Below, in pieces: positions 29,001-38,298 of a stretch of 64,000 bases of DNA. The stretch is from a virus, in the IMG/VR virus record IMGVR_UViG_3300020442_001467, positions 1 to 64,000 of that record; one strand, written 5' to 3'. Every line of letters starts with the position of its first letter. The stretch's first letter is position 1. The notes below the pieces were generated by a model, which was given only the letters and a program-made list of their open reading frames with translations, made no database searches and was not told the origin of the DNA. The translations under genes were made by a program, and so were the position numbers.

Positions 29001-31184
29001 TCTAGTGGTCAACTGTTCCTTGCCGATGTAAGTCTTGCTGGTAGAGGATATACCGAAGCACCATCTGTTGTTATCAGAGGAACTGGTGCTGGTAATAATG
29101 GCGCTGTTATCGAATCCGAGATTGAAATCGACGAACCCGCTGTAAGAATGGGTGTCGCAGTCGATCCTGAAGGTGGCATTAAATCCACCACGCCTACACG
29201 TTTCAACTTCGAGTATCCTGTTTATCTACAAAATGATACCGAGTATGCACTCAATATTGAGTGTGATGCTGTTGAATACAAACTATGGTCTTCCAAGTTG
29301 GGAGAAGAAGATATTTCTTCTGGTCTGGTTGTCAATGCACAACCTCTCCTTGGATCTCTATTCAAGTCTCAAAACACTGCTAACTGGGAAGAAGATCTAT
29401 TTGAGGATATCAAGTTCAATCTATACAGAGCAGAATTCGATACTTCTAGACCTGGTGAACTGGTTATCAAGAACGAGGATCTGGGATACGAAAAACTAAA
29501 ATCTGATCCTTTCGAGACTTATGCTCTTGCCAACAGCACAGCAACTTCTCCTCTGTTCAAAAACAACAGCAACATCATTAAGGTATATCACAGAGATCAT
29601 GGTTTCGAGACCACTGGAGATTCTAAAGTATTCTTCAGAGGACTGCCTGATTTCGCTGGATATGATGCCATCGAACTAGAGTCCACCCTATTCCAAGTTT
29701 CTAATGCAGGCATTGACTCTTACAATATCGTTGGACCATCTAGAGCATCTGATACTGGATTCTTCGGTCAAGATGCAGTTCTAGCATCTTACAATAGAAA
29801 GTACGAAAAACTCTACGCACAAATTCCTTACTTGCAAGTCAGTGGAACTTCTATTGACAGCATGGTAAAAACCACCAATGTTGTTCCTGTTGATTCCAAC
29901 ACTACCAACTACACTTCATATTCTATGACAGATTATGAGACAACTTTCTTGAATGAGGAACAATACTTCCTGAATCAAAAGTTGATTGCATCTCCAATCA
30001 ATGAGAGTCTCAATAATCTAGAGGGATCTTTGATGTACAAATTGACGATGAAGACCGAGAAGTCACATCTGTCTCCTGTTGTTGACTTGAGATCTGCTTC
30101 TGCAAAGACTGTCAGCAATAGAGTAGAAAATTCTGTAGGAACAGAAGGAAGATATGGTAAGAGATATCAAGAAGTTCAATTGTTCCCTGTATACAGATTC
30201 ACTATACAAGGAAACGAGAGCGGCGGTAATCTTGTTCCTATCACCATTGATCAAAATGTCACTGGCGTAACTTCTGGTGCAGAATCTGAAGTCCTGCGTG
30301 TACGTGATAATGACATCTTTGTTAAGATCAAAAACTCTGTAAACTTTGTCTTGGGCGAGACGCTGTACTTCAGTACCCAATCTGCTTCTGGTGGTGATCT
30401 AGATGGAATTACTGTAGTGGTTGCAAACTCTGGAATCTTTAATGAAATTCCAGAGTTTGTAGTTGGTTCCACAGTTACTGCATTCAATCCTTCAGTAAGA
30501 ACCGAAAAGTATGATAATAAAGTCAGTGGTAAAGTAGTCTTCTGGGATTCAAACACCAAGACATTAACTCTTGAAAATGATAAGAGACCTATCAATGATG
30601 ACTACACCAGTGAAATTACACTGGGTAGTGACTTTGCTAGAACTGCAACCACGAGTCTACAAACATCGGATGTCTTCAGAGTCGGTGATCTAATTGACTT
30701 TAAGAATGCCTCTTTCGAGACATCCAAGTTTGCTGAAATTAAGGCAATGTCGTTTGGAAATGGTGTTGACTTTGTTGCAGAAAATGGTTCTGTGAATACA
30801 TCTGGTGTATCCAAGTATGTAACTAAAGAGATCTCCCTAGCAAGTTCTGCTTCTTCACTGAATACTAAATTGACTGTCAATGCAACCGATGTTAATAACA
30901 TCCAAGTTCTGTACAAGATCAAACCAGAAGCATCGCAACAGAAATTTGATGATATCAGTTGGACCTATTTCAATGGAGATGGTTCTTCGGATAATGATGT
31001 CATTGCTACAGCACAGAATAGTATCTCTGGACAGTATGAATCTCAAGATGCATATCAAGAACTATCATTCACCGCGAGTGATATTCCTGACTTCGCATCC
31101 TTTGCTATTAAGATTGTTATGAAATCTGATAATCCTTCTTATGTTCCCAAAATTCAGGACATGAGAACTGTTGCTTCTTTCTAA
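23064..31184 (+). CDS. VrlC-like / DUF4815 large virion structural protein
   Basis: MPQKTNL..APYFDDYD...LYRPG..VQGRELN; LARRTYDESGDY; RRYTMRDIGKLEKRIERLEYYT. Confidence 0.85.
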   Translation: MPQKTNLKAAPYFDDYDSRKDFYKVLYRPGYPVQGRELNTTQSILQNQIESYGKYAFKQGDLVVPGEVGLNKKLDFVKLSSVSEVAVNVDGELVYQKYDIDGLVGQKINGLSSGVIAIVQTVVKATENNSDTLYVKYLTAGDSGDEETFRQGETLEVVDGINSPLLVVGTDGSVLPTSVAVLNPDTNETTFVDSGAMGFGSAVQVEEGVYFVNGYFVRNDSGLIVVDGYSDNPSVKVGFKIDETLVTPEDEPSLYDNAFGSSNYAAPGAHRLQITLNLVKYQFEQTPDKNFIQLLSIKNGVIQKQVKQAAYNTLENTLARRTYDESGDYVVENFDVDIREFYQRDGNFGLYRAGVDGTVGPNGISATEAADKLIATVGAGKAYVRGFEIVNKETKYLEIDKARETLARDNVTIKSNGLASFTLTNVYNTLPLNAEGADLTAYPTIFLNAAYNDGTIGFNNLEDVTEYRQTISRRGQGFDKDDAIKTIWVQASADLGLIDDTSISDSPGAGKLDLRTLYFVQTRTDTGGVATTNTVKCLSFAKVTRPEIGDVNAQFLQLTVAGRKDLLDDFFIEYDDNVATRRRFLYTSLANVQQEVNNVGYIVDYSDSIVPVIGVAKPKDFTLVKRPEGFNQDTDIIISRGKLADGRQTYNGNFDLSYFNPVFFTRLFVDSPVTPAFAPGKYIYGTTSGAYGIVEGSSNGYMSLGRSLFVKTLYGNFLPGETINSEEGSVLRIPKNNTISHFVVQRQGTGYVAGSKINVNGTLFESADIEVGIDGGTVYKIVIKNRDAVQTEFAAPPICEVTGANTIAVGIAPVLYRDTVLTYTAQNVKSLYSEFGSNNKFSADIETTEGSLSDTRNVTESTFSGTKGYKFIECNAFGSDASLILVQGDIIQFNDDTGRVNKFTVELVTTPRGTDKSRIYLNGALPDTMTAKTVIRQRGKINNGSTSTLIFPTGSKEVGSLVKSTEDTKLTYYIRRDFVTTGSDNGGNITFAAQLDFGTQRFTQFTERDFLITVLDKGGSDLVETGDVVYVSSEFVKILNTTDATSGLSSGSITLTFPGNYFGNNVTNFPKLKLTATIEVSKGRPKLKTAIKNKRVVIQSPGDQVLPLRGLDYDSDSTEVFSYSDAFRIRYIYEGSSSAPPTVDVNGNLVVGTDLTNRFTFDDGQRDTFYDVSRIVLKPGFSPPTGQLVVAFDYFEHSQGDFCTVDSYIHEAGVVLDEIPDFNSNVHGNVSLKNVIDFRPKVDSTAIIPGYQDTSLLSQSEYINFIGPGGSVSSTPSSARNLPYTISFSESQFLDRIDGVFLTKKGEFVVKKGNASLNPSKPEIIEDGIPLYYMFIPAFTKSSKDVRITPVDNRRYTMRDIGKLEKRIERLEYYTTLSILEQQALNMQVKDTLGIDKTKSGFLVDNYETHNVGNVKSIDHLCSIDAQQSVLRPQSKEDSFTLKEVNRRDDQRNISGYTNSNGVITLPYTNVVYAQNQFATSTVNPNPFVVLQYVGDAALMPNIDQWYNSAVAPLVTENNTNLFSVFLAKQDARVAFSSIYNSFVINWVGVNKTFYNLKSFAENNGRSAESTVSSAAIGSSSNVSPQNNEIAKGVGYKTVNGTNVSNALKFYARSVPVKYVVRRMKPKTKLHVFMEGRDISRWINPDSRFTGIAGNSSTTFGSGITTDQYGNASGIILVPSGYAPRENSFWTGNIDTMLYDDTSEEVYFSTGIKTIRFTSSSTDAPITDVNGVSSFAEVKFYATGILPENPASIISTAPAFFKANEGVQEIDSNTENKERPNPMAQTFKVESFEGGMFATGVDLFFSEKSATVPLRVYLSNVEADKPGKYILPGSIRTLYPDTFLKVYSSGNITIQQGEDVTGNRSLAKGPIAKVLDRNNFEVTPSSNGEISLTNEQTYTFILNNHNGRDFLQNEDLTIGTVTAYNNANNATVGLKIAKDSGRVSKLNITNLGSGYESATITIESPQLPGGSNATGSVKVSSGQLFLADVSLAGRGYTEAPSVVIRGTGAGNNGAVIESEIEIDEPAVRMGVAVDPEGGIKSTTPTRFNFEYPVYLQNDTEYALNIECDAVEYKLWSSKLGEEDISSGLVVNAQPLLGSLFKSQNTANWEEDLFEDIKFNLYRAEFDTSRPGELVIKNEDLGYEKLKSDPFETYALANSTATSPLFKNNSNIIKVYHRDHGFETTGDSKVFFRGLPDFAGYDAIELESTLFQVSNAGIDSYNIVGPSRASDTGFFGQDAVLASYNRKYEKLYAQIPYLQVSGTSIDSMVKTTNVVPVDSNTTNYTSYSMTDYETTFLNEEQYFLNQKLIASPINESLNNLEGSLMYKLTMKTEKSHLSPVVDLRSASAKTVSNRVENSVGTEGRYGKRYQEVQLFPVYRFTIQGNESGGNLVPITIDQNVTGVTSGAESEVLRVRDNDIFVKIKNSVNFVLGETLYFSTQSASGGDLDGITVVVANSGIFNEIPEFVVGSTVTAFNPSVRTEKYDNKVSGKVVFWDSNTKTLTLENDKRPINDDYTSEITLGSDFARTATTSLQTSDVFRVGDLIDFKNASFETSKFAEIKAMSFGNGVDFVAENGSVNTSGVSKYVTKEISLASSASSLNTKLTVNATDVNNIQVLYKIKPEASQQKFDDISWTYFNGDGSSDNDVIATAQNSISGQYESQDAYQELSFTASDIPDFASFAIKIVMKSDNPSYVPKIQDMRTVASF

Positions 31185-31185
31185 T

Positions 31186-31383
31186 ATGAAACTATCTGAA
31201 TACCTACAAGTCGAAGGTCAAGAAGGACTTGTACGAGACATGAATACGGGTGCCATTATTAACACGGCACCCAAACCAAAAAAGAGACTCGCAGAAGAGT
31301 TCAAGAATGTGCAGGATGATCTAAATACTTTGAAGGAAGAAATGTCCGAAATCAAGTCCCTCCTTAAGCAGTTAATCAAATGA
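31186..31383 (+). CDS. small coiled-coil virion-associated protein
   Basis: VEGQEGLVRDMNTGAIIN plus heptad C-terminus. Confidence 0.8.
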   Translation: MKLSEYLQVEGQEGLVRDMNTGAIINTAPKPKKRLAEEFKNVQDDLNTLKEEMSEIKSLLKQLIK

Positions 31384-33686
31384 CACTACGTAACGTACCA
31401 AAGGCGCATACGCTGGAACAGCAGCGTCAAGAGATTAACTTAATTGCATCTGACCTAGACACAGCAGTCGATGGTACAAAAACATTTGGCGGGAGTAAAA
31501 CATTTTCTAGTGATGTAACATTCCAAAGCACTGTAGCATTCGACGGCATTGCAACATTCAATAGCAGTCCTACTTTTTCTGATAATATAGTAGCAAACTT
31601 CGGTGATGATGCCGACCTAAAAATTTACTATGATGGTTCAGCGGGTGTCCTGACATCATTTATTGATTCTGATGCTTTACAGATGAGATCAGAATCTGAT
31701 ACTAGTGAATTGTATGCCACATTCCTGAAGGATGGACCTGTTGAGCTATACTACGACGGTGCTAAAAAATTCGGAACTAACCTTACAGGTGCGACAGTTT
31801 TAGGAAATCTTGAAATTGATGACGAGATCCATTCTGCATCTGGTCTTATAACATTAAAAGTTGCTGATGAGATAACTCCTGGCAACATGATCACCGCAGC
31901 AATTTTTGGTGGTGCAATATATGCACCATATGGTTTTCAGTCTCATAATGCTAATGATGAGGGTATCAGTGAGACATCTACTACTTCTGGATTTAATGTA
32001 ACCAGCGGTGGACAGATTTATATTTCCACTGGTGGATCAAGTGCTCTCTGGAAAGGAAAACAAACTGGAGCTACAACTGTCACATCAGAAATCAATGCTC
32101 AAGGTAATGCTAGATTTGATGGAACTGGCACTTTTGGAGGCGATGTTTTTATTGGAGGATCCGCAAGTTTTGCTAACAATGCTGTCACCGTCAAAGACGA
32201 TGGATATGTATTCATAAACCGAACATCAGGACAAGGGTTAATCATTCAACAAAATGGAGACGGATCGTCATCTGATAATAAAATTACTTTAGGTGTTGAC
32301 GGATCTGCTACATTTGCTGGAACTATCGATGCGGCAGGAATTACAGTTAGTGGATCCGCAATTCAGACTGCCGTTGCAACCACGTCTACTGTCGGTACTG
32401 TACAACCAGATGGCACAACTATCGCTATTGATGGCAATGGTGTTATCAGCGTAGCGGGTGGTGGCGATCCATTCACTGCTAACGGATTCAAGTTTGGTGT
32501 CAATGAAGGATCTGGTCCATCAGGAACTCTGGGCGAATTAAGACAGATTGGAGGCAGACCACATTTCTATGATGGATCTGCATGGCAAGAGTTTATTCTT
32601 GGTAGCACTCAACAGGTTACAATCCCAGCGGAAACTGATTGGGACAAAGTGCTCATTAGATCCACTTTCGATAGTGATTTTAATGATGTAAAATTTAGTG
32701 TCGTTGGTAATGTTAATTACGATAACAGTGTAGTTGATGCTACTTTGGTTGGAGCTCCAGTTAAAGTGGGAACCAATTCAATGAAATCCAATGGAGACGG
32801 TGTTTTATATCCCCATAGATCTGATTATGATTTCACTGGAACATGGACCATTGAATTTTGGATTTATTTTGATAGTGATGGTGGTCTTTCTTCTAACACC
32901 AACAATGGACAGCAAGATATTATTTCAAAAGCTAATACAAATTTTGATGCTGGATCTTGGGCAATTATTACGACAAAAGATCAATATGCAAATAGAAGTT
33001 GGAAATTTAAATATTATGATGTAGTTGCTCAACAAACCTATTATAAATTTCTAGTTAATGATGCTGGGGTTACGTGGAATTCAAAGTACAATCAACAGTG
33101 GGTTCATGTGGCTATCACACACGAAAGTGATGGATCACTTCATCTATACGAGAATGGTGTTGAGTCAGGCAGCACTAATTCTGGTCAGTCAGTTGTTAAT
33201 GATATTAATAACAACAGTCATGATATCATATTTGGTGGTGGTCATCTGACCCGTTCAAACATGTTTGATGGATTTATTGATGATCTTCGTGTCACTAAAG
33301 ATGTTAGATATACTGGTAATGGCACTGCAAATACACAATCTTTCACACCACCAACCACACAACATCCTATCAGTGGCACCACAACAACATTCACACCACC
33401 CCCAACCAGCAAAGCTGGTGAGATTACGCTAGGCGCATCTCCTACGTGGACTGGAACAGCAGGAGTAACAGTTTCGCAGCAATCCACTGGCAACTATCGC
33501 ATGACCTTCACGAATCCATTTACCAATGCCACTGACTACTATGTCTTTACCAACCATATGGATGGTTCTGAAGCAATGCTTGTAACATCTGTTAGATCTA
33601 CTGGACATATAGATTTTTCAGTAAAGAATGTATCTGGTTCATTTATTGACACTGGGTCTATCGCTGTCCAAGTTATTGCACACTGA
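31380..33686 (+). CDS. fibre protein with LamG/concanavalin-A-like domain
   Basis: WTIEFWIY...WVHVAIT...LYENG...FDGFIDDLRVTK; N-terminal TLEQQRQEIN docking motif. Confidence 0.8.
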   Translation: MTLRNVPKAHTLEQQRQEINLIASDLDTAVDGTKTFGGSKTFSSDVTFQSTVAFDGIATFNSSPTFSDNIVANFGDDADLKIYYDGSAGVLTSFIDSDALQMRSESDTSELYATFLKDGPVELYYDGAKKFGTNLTGATVLGNLEIDDEIHSASGLITLKVADEITPGNMITAAIFGGAIYAPYGFQSHNANDEGISETSTTSGFNVTSGGQIYISTGGSSALWKGKQTGATTVTSEINAQGNARFDGTGTFGGDVFIGGSASFANNAVTVKDDGYVFINRTSGQGLIIQQNGDGSSSDNKITLGVDGSATFAGTIDAAGITVSGSAIQTAVATTSTVGTVQPDGTTIAIDGNGVISVAGGGDPFTANGFKFGVNEGSGPSGTLGELRQIGGRPHFYDGSAWQEFILGSTQQVTIPAETDWDKVLIRSTFDSDFNDVKFSVVGNVNYDNSVVDATLVGAPVKVGTNSMKSNGDGVLYPHRSDYDFTGTWTIEFWIYFDSDGGLSSNTNNGQQDIISKANTNFDAGSWAIITTKDQYANRSWKFKYYDVVAQQTYYKFLVNDAGVTWNSKYNQQWVHVAITHESDGSLHLYENGVESGSTNSGQSVVNDINNNSHDIIFGGGHLTRSNMFDGFIDDLRVTKDVRYTGNGTANTQSFTPPTTQHPISGTTTTFTPPPTSKAGEITLGASPTWTGTAGVTVSQQSTGNYRMTFTNPFTNATDYYVFTNHMDGSEAMLVTSVRSTGHIDFSVKNVSGSFIDTGSIAVQVIAH

Positions 33687-33718
33687 TAAATACTAAAATA
33701 GAGGAATAGTCTGGTATC

Positions 33719-35155
33719 ATGCCATTAAGAAACGTACCAATTACATATACCCTTGATCAACAGCGCCAGGAGATCAATGCTCTTGCTGCTGATGTAAACG
33801 GGTTAGACGTTACCTTTGACGAGAAGGTGGATGATAGGGTTGCTGCCCTATTACAAGGTGGTGTGGGAACAGCGGTCACTTATGATGACGCCAACGGATC
33901 GTTAACAATCGATCTAGCATTCAACGAGTTTTCCACATCTTCGGTTCTGGAAGGCACCAACCTCTACTTCACAGATGCCAGAGCGAATGCTGCTATTGAC
34001 GCGAGAGTAAACCAGACATTTGTCAATAACCTGAATATCACAAATCTTGGTCCCCAAGATTCTATTACTCTATCTCTAGGTCAAACAACCAAGTATCTAA
34101 CTCCTCTAAACTACAACAACGTATCGTGGGACACTGCCTATGGATGGGGTGATCATGGTGCTGTTGGATATCTAACGAGTTACACAGAGAGTTCTACACT
34201 AAACGATGTAGTTGGACGAGGAGACACAACTGCCTCTAGTATTACTGTTGGTGGAGTGACTACAAACAGCGTCACCACAGCAACAGCATCAGCAAACTTG
34301 ACATTGACTGGAAACAATGTAGTTGTTCCATCTAACACCAGATTTGGTACTATTGCTACTGCACTGGCAAATGACTATGGTGTGCTTGTCGATAAAGATG
34401 GCGAAATTGTAATTAACCACGCACCAGGTTCTGGCGGTTTAACACTCAAGTCCAGTGGCAACACTACATTCAATATCGACGGCACTGGAAAAATTAATGG
34501 TGTTGTTAAGTTTGTAACTTCTGATGGCACCCCTGGGCAATCTCTAACCACTGACGGAAATGGTCAACTGTATTGGGGTGAAGGTGGTGGTGCTAATGTC
34601 GAAGTAGGTGACAACCCACCATCCAATGCCACCAGTGGAGATATGTGGTGGGAGAGTGATTCTGGTCGATTGAAAGTTTATTATGACAATGGAGCAAACC
34701 CAGCAGCATGGGTTGATGCATCTCCTCCTCTCGTAGTAGATTCTCCAAACTCGGCATTTAGAAATGCTGTTGGCGACTGTGATGCATCGTTTACTTTGGG
34801 TGGATCTGGAACATTGTTCACTGATGACAATGGAACGTTTAACGCGGGTATTACTGTATCAAACTTTAGCAGAGTTAGAATTAGCATTCTGTTTGGTAAA
34901 CTGAATGGTACTAACAATACCAGTGGACTTATTGCTCTCGAAAGAAGTGACGGATCTACACTGACAGAAATCTGTACAGTCGCTACAACAGATCCAAATA
35001 TTACTGGTATAACTCCACTTTACTTCGAGTTTGTTGACGAGCATGGTGGAACTACTGGCGACATCATGACATATCAAATTAGATTGAAGTCCCTGACTGC
35101 ATCTGGAAGTAGAACTGGTACTGAAACGTGTCAGTTATATGTTCAAGAAATTTGA
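33719..35155 (+). CDS. fibre protein
   Basis: Same N-terminal LRNVP..TLxQQRQEIN motif; EGTNLYFTDARA; WDTAYGWGDH; GDMWWESDSGRLKVYY. Confidence 0.8.
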   Translation: MPLRNVPITYTLDQQRQEINALAADVNGLDVTFDEKVDDRVAALLQGGVGTAVTYDDANGSLTIDLAFNEFSTSSVLEGTNLYFTDARANAAIDARVNQTFVNNLNITNLGPQDSITLSLGQTTKYLTPLNYNNVSWDTAYGWGDHGAVGYLTSYTESSTLNDVVGRGDTTASSITVGGVTTNSVTTATASANLTLTGNNVVVPSNTRFGTIATALANDYGVLVDKDGEIVINHAPGSGGLTLKSSGNTTFNIDGTGKINGVVKFVTSDGTPGQSLTTDGNGQLYWGEGGGANVEVGDNPPSNATSGDMWWESDSGRLKVYYDNGANPAAWVDASPPLVVDSPNSAFRNAVGDCDASFTLGGSGTLFTDDNGTFNAGITVSNFSRVRISILFGKLNGTNNTSGLIALERSDGSTLTEICTVATTDPNITGITPLYFEFVDEHGGTTGDIMTYQIRLKSLTASGSRTGTETCQLYVQEI

Positions 35156-35186
35156 AATAAATAACTAAACGGAGAGATCTTAAGAA

Positions 35187-35828
35187 ATGGCAATTCTATT
35201 CCCAGATACCGCTGGACAAGCTACAGACGGTTCATTTACACATACCGAGGGTGGTCTTACTTGGATCTGGAATGGTAGCAGCTGGAAATCCAGTGGTGGA
35301 ACCCTTGATACATATCAACTACCAACTGCAAGCACAACTGTATTGGGTGGTGTAAAAGTAGATGGATCTACGGTCACTATCTCCAACGGTGTAATTAGCT
35401 CCGCTGGTGGCGGCGGTGGCGGTGGAGGTGGTGGCACCAGTCTTGGAACGAGACAAGACTTTAATGCCTCTACTACTTCCACACATGCCAATGATGTTGA
35501 CGAGAGTATTGTTATTACAGCATACAAGTCATATGCACTACTGAAGTTAAATGTATCTCACCCAGCATGGGTAAGAATTTACCCCACATCTGCTGCTCGT
35601 GCAGCGGATGCATCTAGAACTATTTCTGAAGATCCCACCCCTGGTTCTGGCGTAATTGCAGAAGCTATTACAACAGGAACCAATGAAGATGTTCTCTTCA
35701 CTCCTGCTTTGATTGGATTTAACGATGATGCTACGCCATCAACAAACGTTTATCTAGCAGTTATGAACAAGTCTGGAGGGCAACAAACCATCACTGTTGA
35801 AATGACTGTACTCCAACTAGAGGCATAA
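35187..35828 (+). CDS. fibre-associated structural protein
   Basis: TWIWNGSSW and LPTASTTVLGGVKV motifs; Gly10 linker. Confidence 0.75.
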   Translation: MAILFPDTAGQATDGSFTHTEGGLTWIWNGSSWKSSGGTLDTYQLPTASTTVLGGVKVDGSTVTISNGVISSAGGGGGGGGGGTSLGTRQDFNASTTSTHANDVDESIVITAYKSYALLKLNVSHPAWVRIYPTSAARAADASRTISEDPTPGSGVIAEAITTGTNEDVLFTPALIGFNDDATPSTNVYLAVMNKSGGQQTITVEMTVLQLEA

Positions 35829-35829
35829 A

Positions 35830-38085
35830 ATGGAACTAGGCGGTTCAGCGGTATTAGTAGATGTAGTTCTTGTCGAAGGAACTGACAAGCAAGCATTTGT
35901 AGATAGTTTTGATGAGAATAAAGCAGAGTGGTGGAATATGCTTCCATCTATGCCTACCTTGCTTGTTATGCTTGTCGAAGGAGATTTCGTTGAGACTCTA
36001 GGAGCAGACCCAAGAGTTGTTTCTGCAACTGAAGTTCCACAATCATTTCCATGTACTCTCCCAGATAAGGAGAGCATGACAAAAAGATTTACTTCTTCCA
36101 CGAGTTCATCTTACAGAGCAGCATCTGGACTAGGAGAAGATAATTCTGGTCTTCAGTTTTACTTGGACACAGAACATATCGTTGCTACAGATCCTGGTGG
36201 AGAAATTCAAAAAATTGGTAGAGAAGTTGGTAGCACTAATGGTGACGACGCATACTTTGTTGATGGCACTTATACTTCTAGATGGACTGGAAAGAACGTC
36301 GATATCGTCACATTAGAATCTGGTAGTGGTGGAGACTGGTCTACTCACCAAGGTTTGCATGATGTACACCCAGACTTCCAAAAGTTACCAAGCGAAGATG
36401 ACTCTCATGCGAGAGTAGATCCTTATTGGTATCAGTGTACAGCACACCCCAATATGAAAAACACCATCACAGTTAATCCTGCTGATGGAACTAGAGAAGA
36501 ATATAACATTGCTGTAAGTTTTGGTGGTTCTGGCATCTACACTTTAAGTGGATCAGATAGAAATGGAACTGTTAATGGAAGCAATCCTCCACTAGTATTT
36601 CAGGAAGGGGATATTGTTACCTTCAGCGTATCTGCTTCTGGACACCCATTTGTAATCAGACTTGCTGATGGTGGATTAAACGTAACTGATGGCAGTGTAG
36701 ATAATCAAGGAGACGATTCTGGAGATGTTGTCTGGACTTTAAGAACATCATCTAGATTCATTCCAACGGATTGGCCAGATCTAGAAGCAGCTGCTAACAA
36801 CCAAGTAACATCTCAAGATGGTGGCAACAGTGGATTGACTAATCATGGCATTGGTGTATTGAGTGTTTCTGGTGGTACTATTTGTGGATTTGCAAAGAAA
36901 GCAAATCTCTATGCAATGTACCTAGTTACTGGTGACAGTCCAACGGAGTGTATTCAAGCATTGATTGATTGGCATAATGCCAAACCAAATAATCCAGAAA
37001 CTGGAGAGAAAAACCCCACTATCATGATTGCAGAATATCAGTATCTGCAAGACAGGAAACGTGCAATTCCAGTAGATTATGTTGACAGTATTGTCACGCC
37101 AAATGGAACTGTCAATAGACCTGCTGGTGGTTCTTGGGGATCTGATCTATCAGATTTCGTGAGGGCAAACATTATCCCATTCAAAGTCTACGATGCAACT
37201 AACGGCACCAGATGGTGTGTCGTGATGCCTACCCAGTATACATATAGTTCTTTACACACAGCACTAGAAACTGCTTGGAATAGTGGTATCGTCTGTGTTA
37301 ATGCCGCTGGTAATAATGGTGGAACATATACAAAGAGAGACGATTCTCAAGATGTATACATCACTGTAGATGAACCAACGCCATATGACATCACATTCAT
37401 CAGCTATGGAAGTAATAATAGTGCTTCTACTTCCAGCAGCACTTCTTGGTATCCTCACATAGCATATGGTCCACATGGAACTAATAACAATATTGATGTA
37501 GCAGCAGGATACAACTCGGAAGCAATGCCTGGTTGGGATGGATATTCAAACCGTGGACCTGGCATTACTGTTACTGGACTTGGAGCGAACACTTACAGCG
37601 CATATCAAAGTTCAACATATGGATCCCACAAGTGGGGTATGTTCTCTGGAACAAGTTGTGCAACACCAACTGTTGTAGGAAAAGTTGCCTGCCTGATGGA
37701 GAAGTATCAACACTATAACGGAACTTGGCCATCACCAAGCGTAACCAAGCAATTATTGGTTAGGGCAGCAAAGAATGTACTACGTAGTATCCCTTCAGGC
37801 GGAACCAGTTTCTCTTGGACTAATGTTCCTAGTGCTGGGGGCGCATCTCTATCCAACGCAATTTCTTTTGGAAACTGCTCCATTACAAATGGTAGTGGGA
37901 ATGGCGGATATAAGTATACAGAGGCAGCAGGAACACCTGGACTACGAGCATTCTTTGACGAACCAGACTTCTCTGGTCATAAATTAAAACTTAAAGGTAG
38001 AAGACCAGTTCAGGGAGCAACATACCCCAGAACACCTAATTCCATTGGAAGAACATCCATAACCTACCCAGAATTGATCGTCTAA
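35830..38085 (+). CDS. S8 subtilisin-like serine protease (likely virion-associated) with cupredoxin-like insert
   Basis: TGKNVDIVTLESG, NHGIGVLS, NAAGN (oxyanion Asn), FSGTSCATPTVVG (catalytic Ser). Confidence 0.85.
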   Translation: MELGGSAVLVDVVLVEGTDKQAFVDSFDENKAEWWNMLPSMPTLLVMLVEGDFVETLGADPRVVSATEVPQSFPCTLPDKESMTKRFTSSTSSSYRAASGLGEDNSGLQFYLDTEHIVATDPGGEIQKIGREVGSTNGDDAYFVDGTYTSRWTGKNVDIVTLESGSGGDWSTHQGLHDVHPDFQKLPSEDDSHARVDPYWYQCTAHPNMKNTITVNPADGTREEYNIAVSFGGSGIYTLSGSDRNGTVNGSNPPLVFQEGDIVTFSVSASGHPFVIRLADGGLNVTDGSVDNQGDDSGDVVWTLRTSSRFIPTDWPDLEAAANNQVTSQDGGNSGLTNHGIGVLSVSGGTICGFAKKANLYAMYLVTGDSPTECIQALIDWHNAKPNNPETGEKNPTIMIAEYQYLQDRKRAIPVDYVDSIVTPNGTVNRPAGGSWGSDLSDFVRANIIPFKVYDATNGTRWCVVMPTQYTYSSLHTALETAWNSGIVCVNAAGNNGGTYTKRDDSQDVYITVDEPTPYDITFISYGSNNSASTSSSTSWYPHIAYGPHGTNNNIDVAAGYNSEAMPGWDGYSNRGPGITVTGLGANTYSAYQSSTYGSHKWGMFSGTSCATPTVVGKVACLMEKYQHYNGTWPSPSVTKQLLVRAAKNVLRSIPSGGTSFSWTNVPSAGGASLSNAISFGNCSITNGSGNGGYKYTEAAGTPGLRAFFDEPDFSGHKLKLKGRRPVQGATYPRTPNSIGRTSITYPELIV

Positions 38086-38109
38086 ATATAGATACTTGTT
38101 ATACTCAAT

Positions 38110-38298
38110 ATGGATAATGCACAGTTGCGAGCTGAATTTGAAAAGCAGTTTGCAGACTATGATCTGAAAATCAGAAGAGGTGAAGAAGAACTTGCCAAGT
38201 TGCGTGAATATCGCACTAAACTAGAAGGCGGTTTGGAAGCACTTAACCTACTAGAAAAGGATACCGATGGCAGCGATACCAGTCAACATACTGATTGA
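38110..38298 (+). CDS. small coiled-coil protein
   Basis: 62 aa with heptads; KLEGGLEALNLL. Confidence 0.7.
   Translation: MDNAQLRAEFEKQFADYDLKIRRGEEELAKLREYRTKLEGGLEALNLLEKDTDGSDTSQHTD

Noticed and set aside
35406-35435. GGN repeat as a contingency locus
   Set aside because: Mixed Gly codons encoding an ordinary Gly10 linker.
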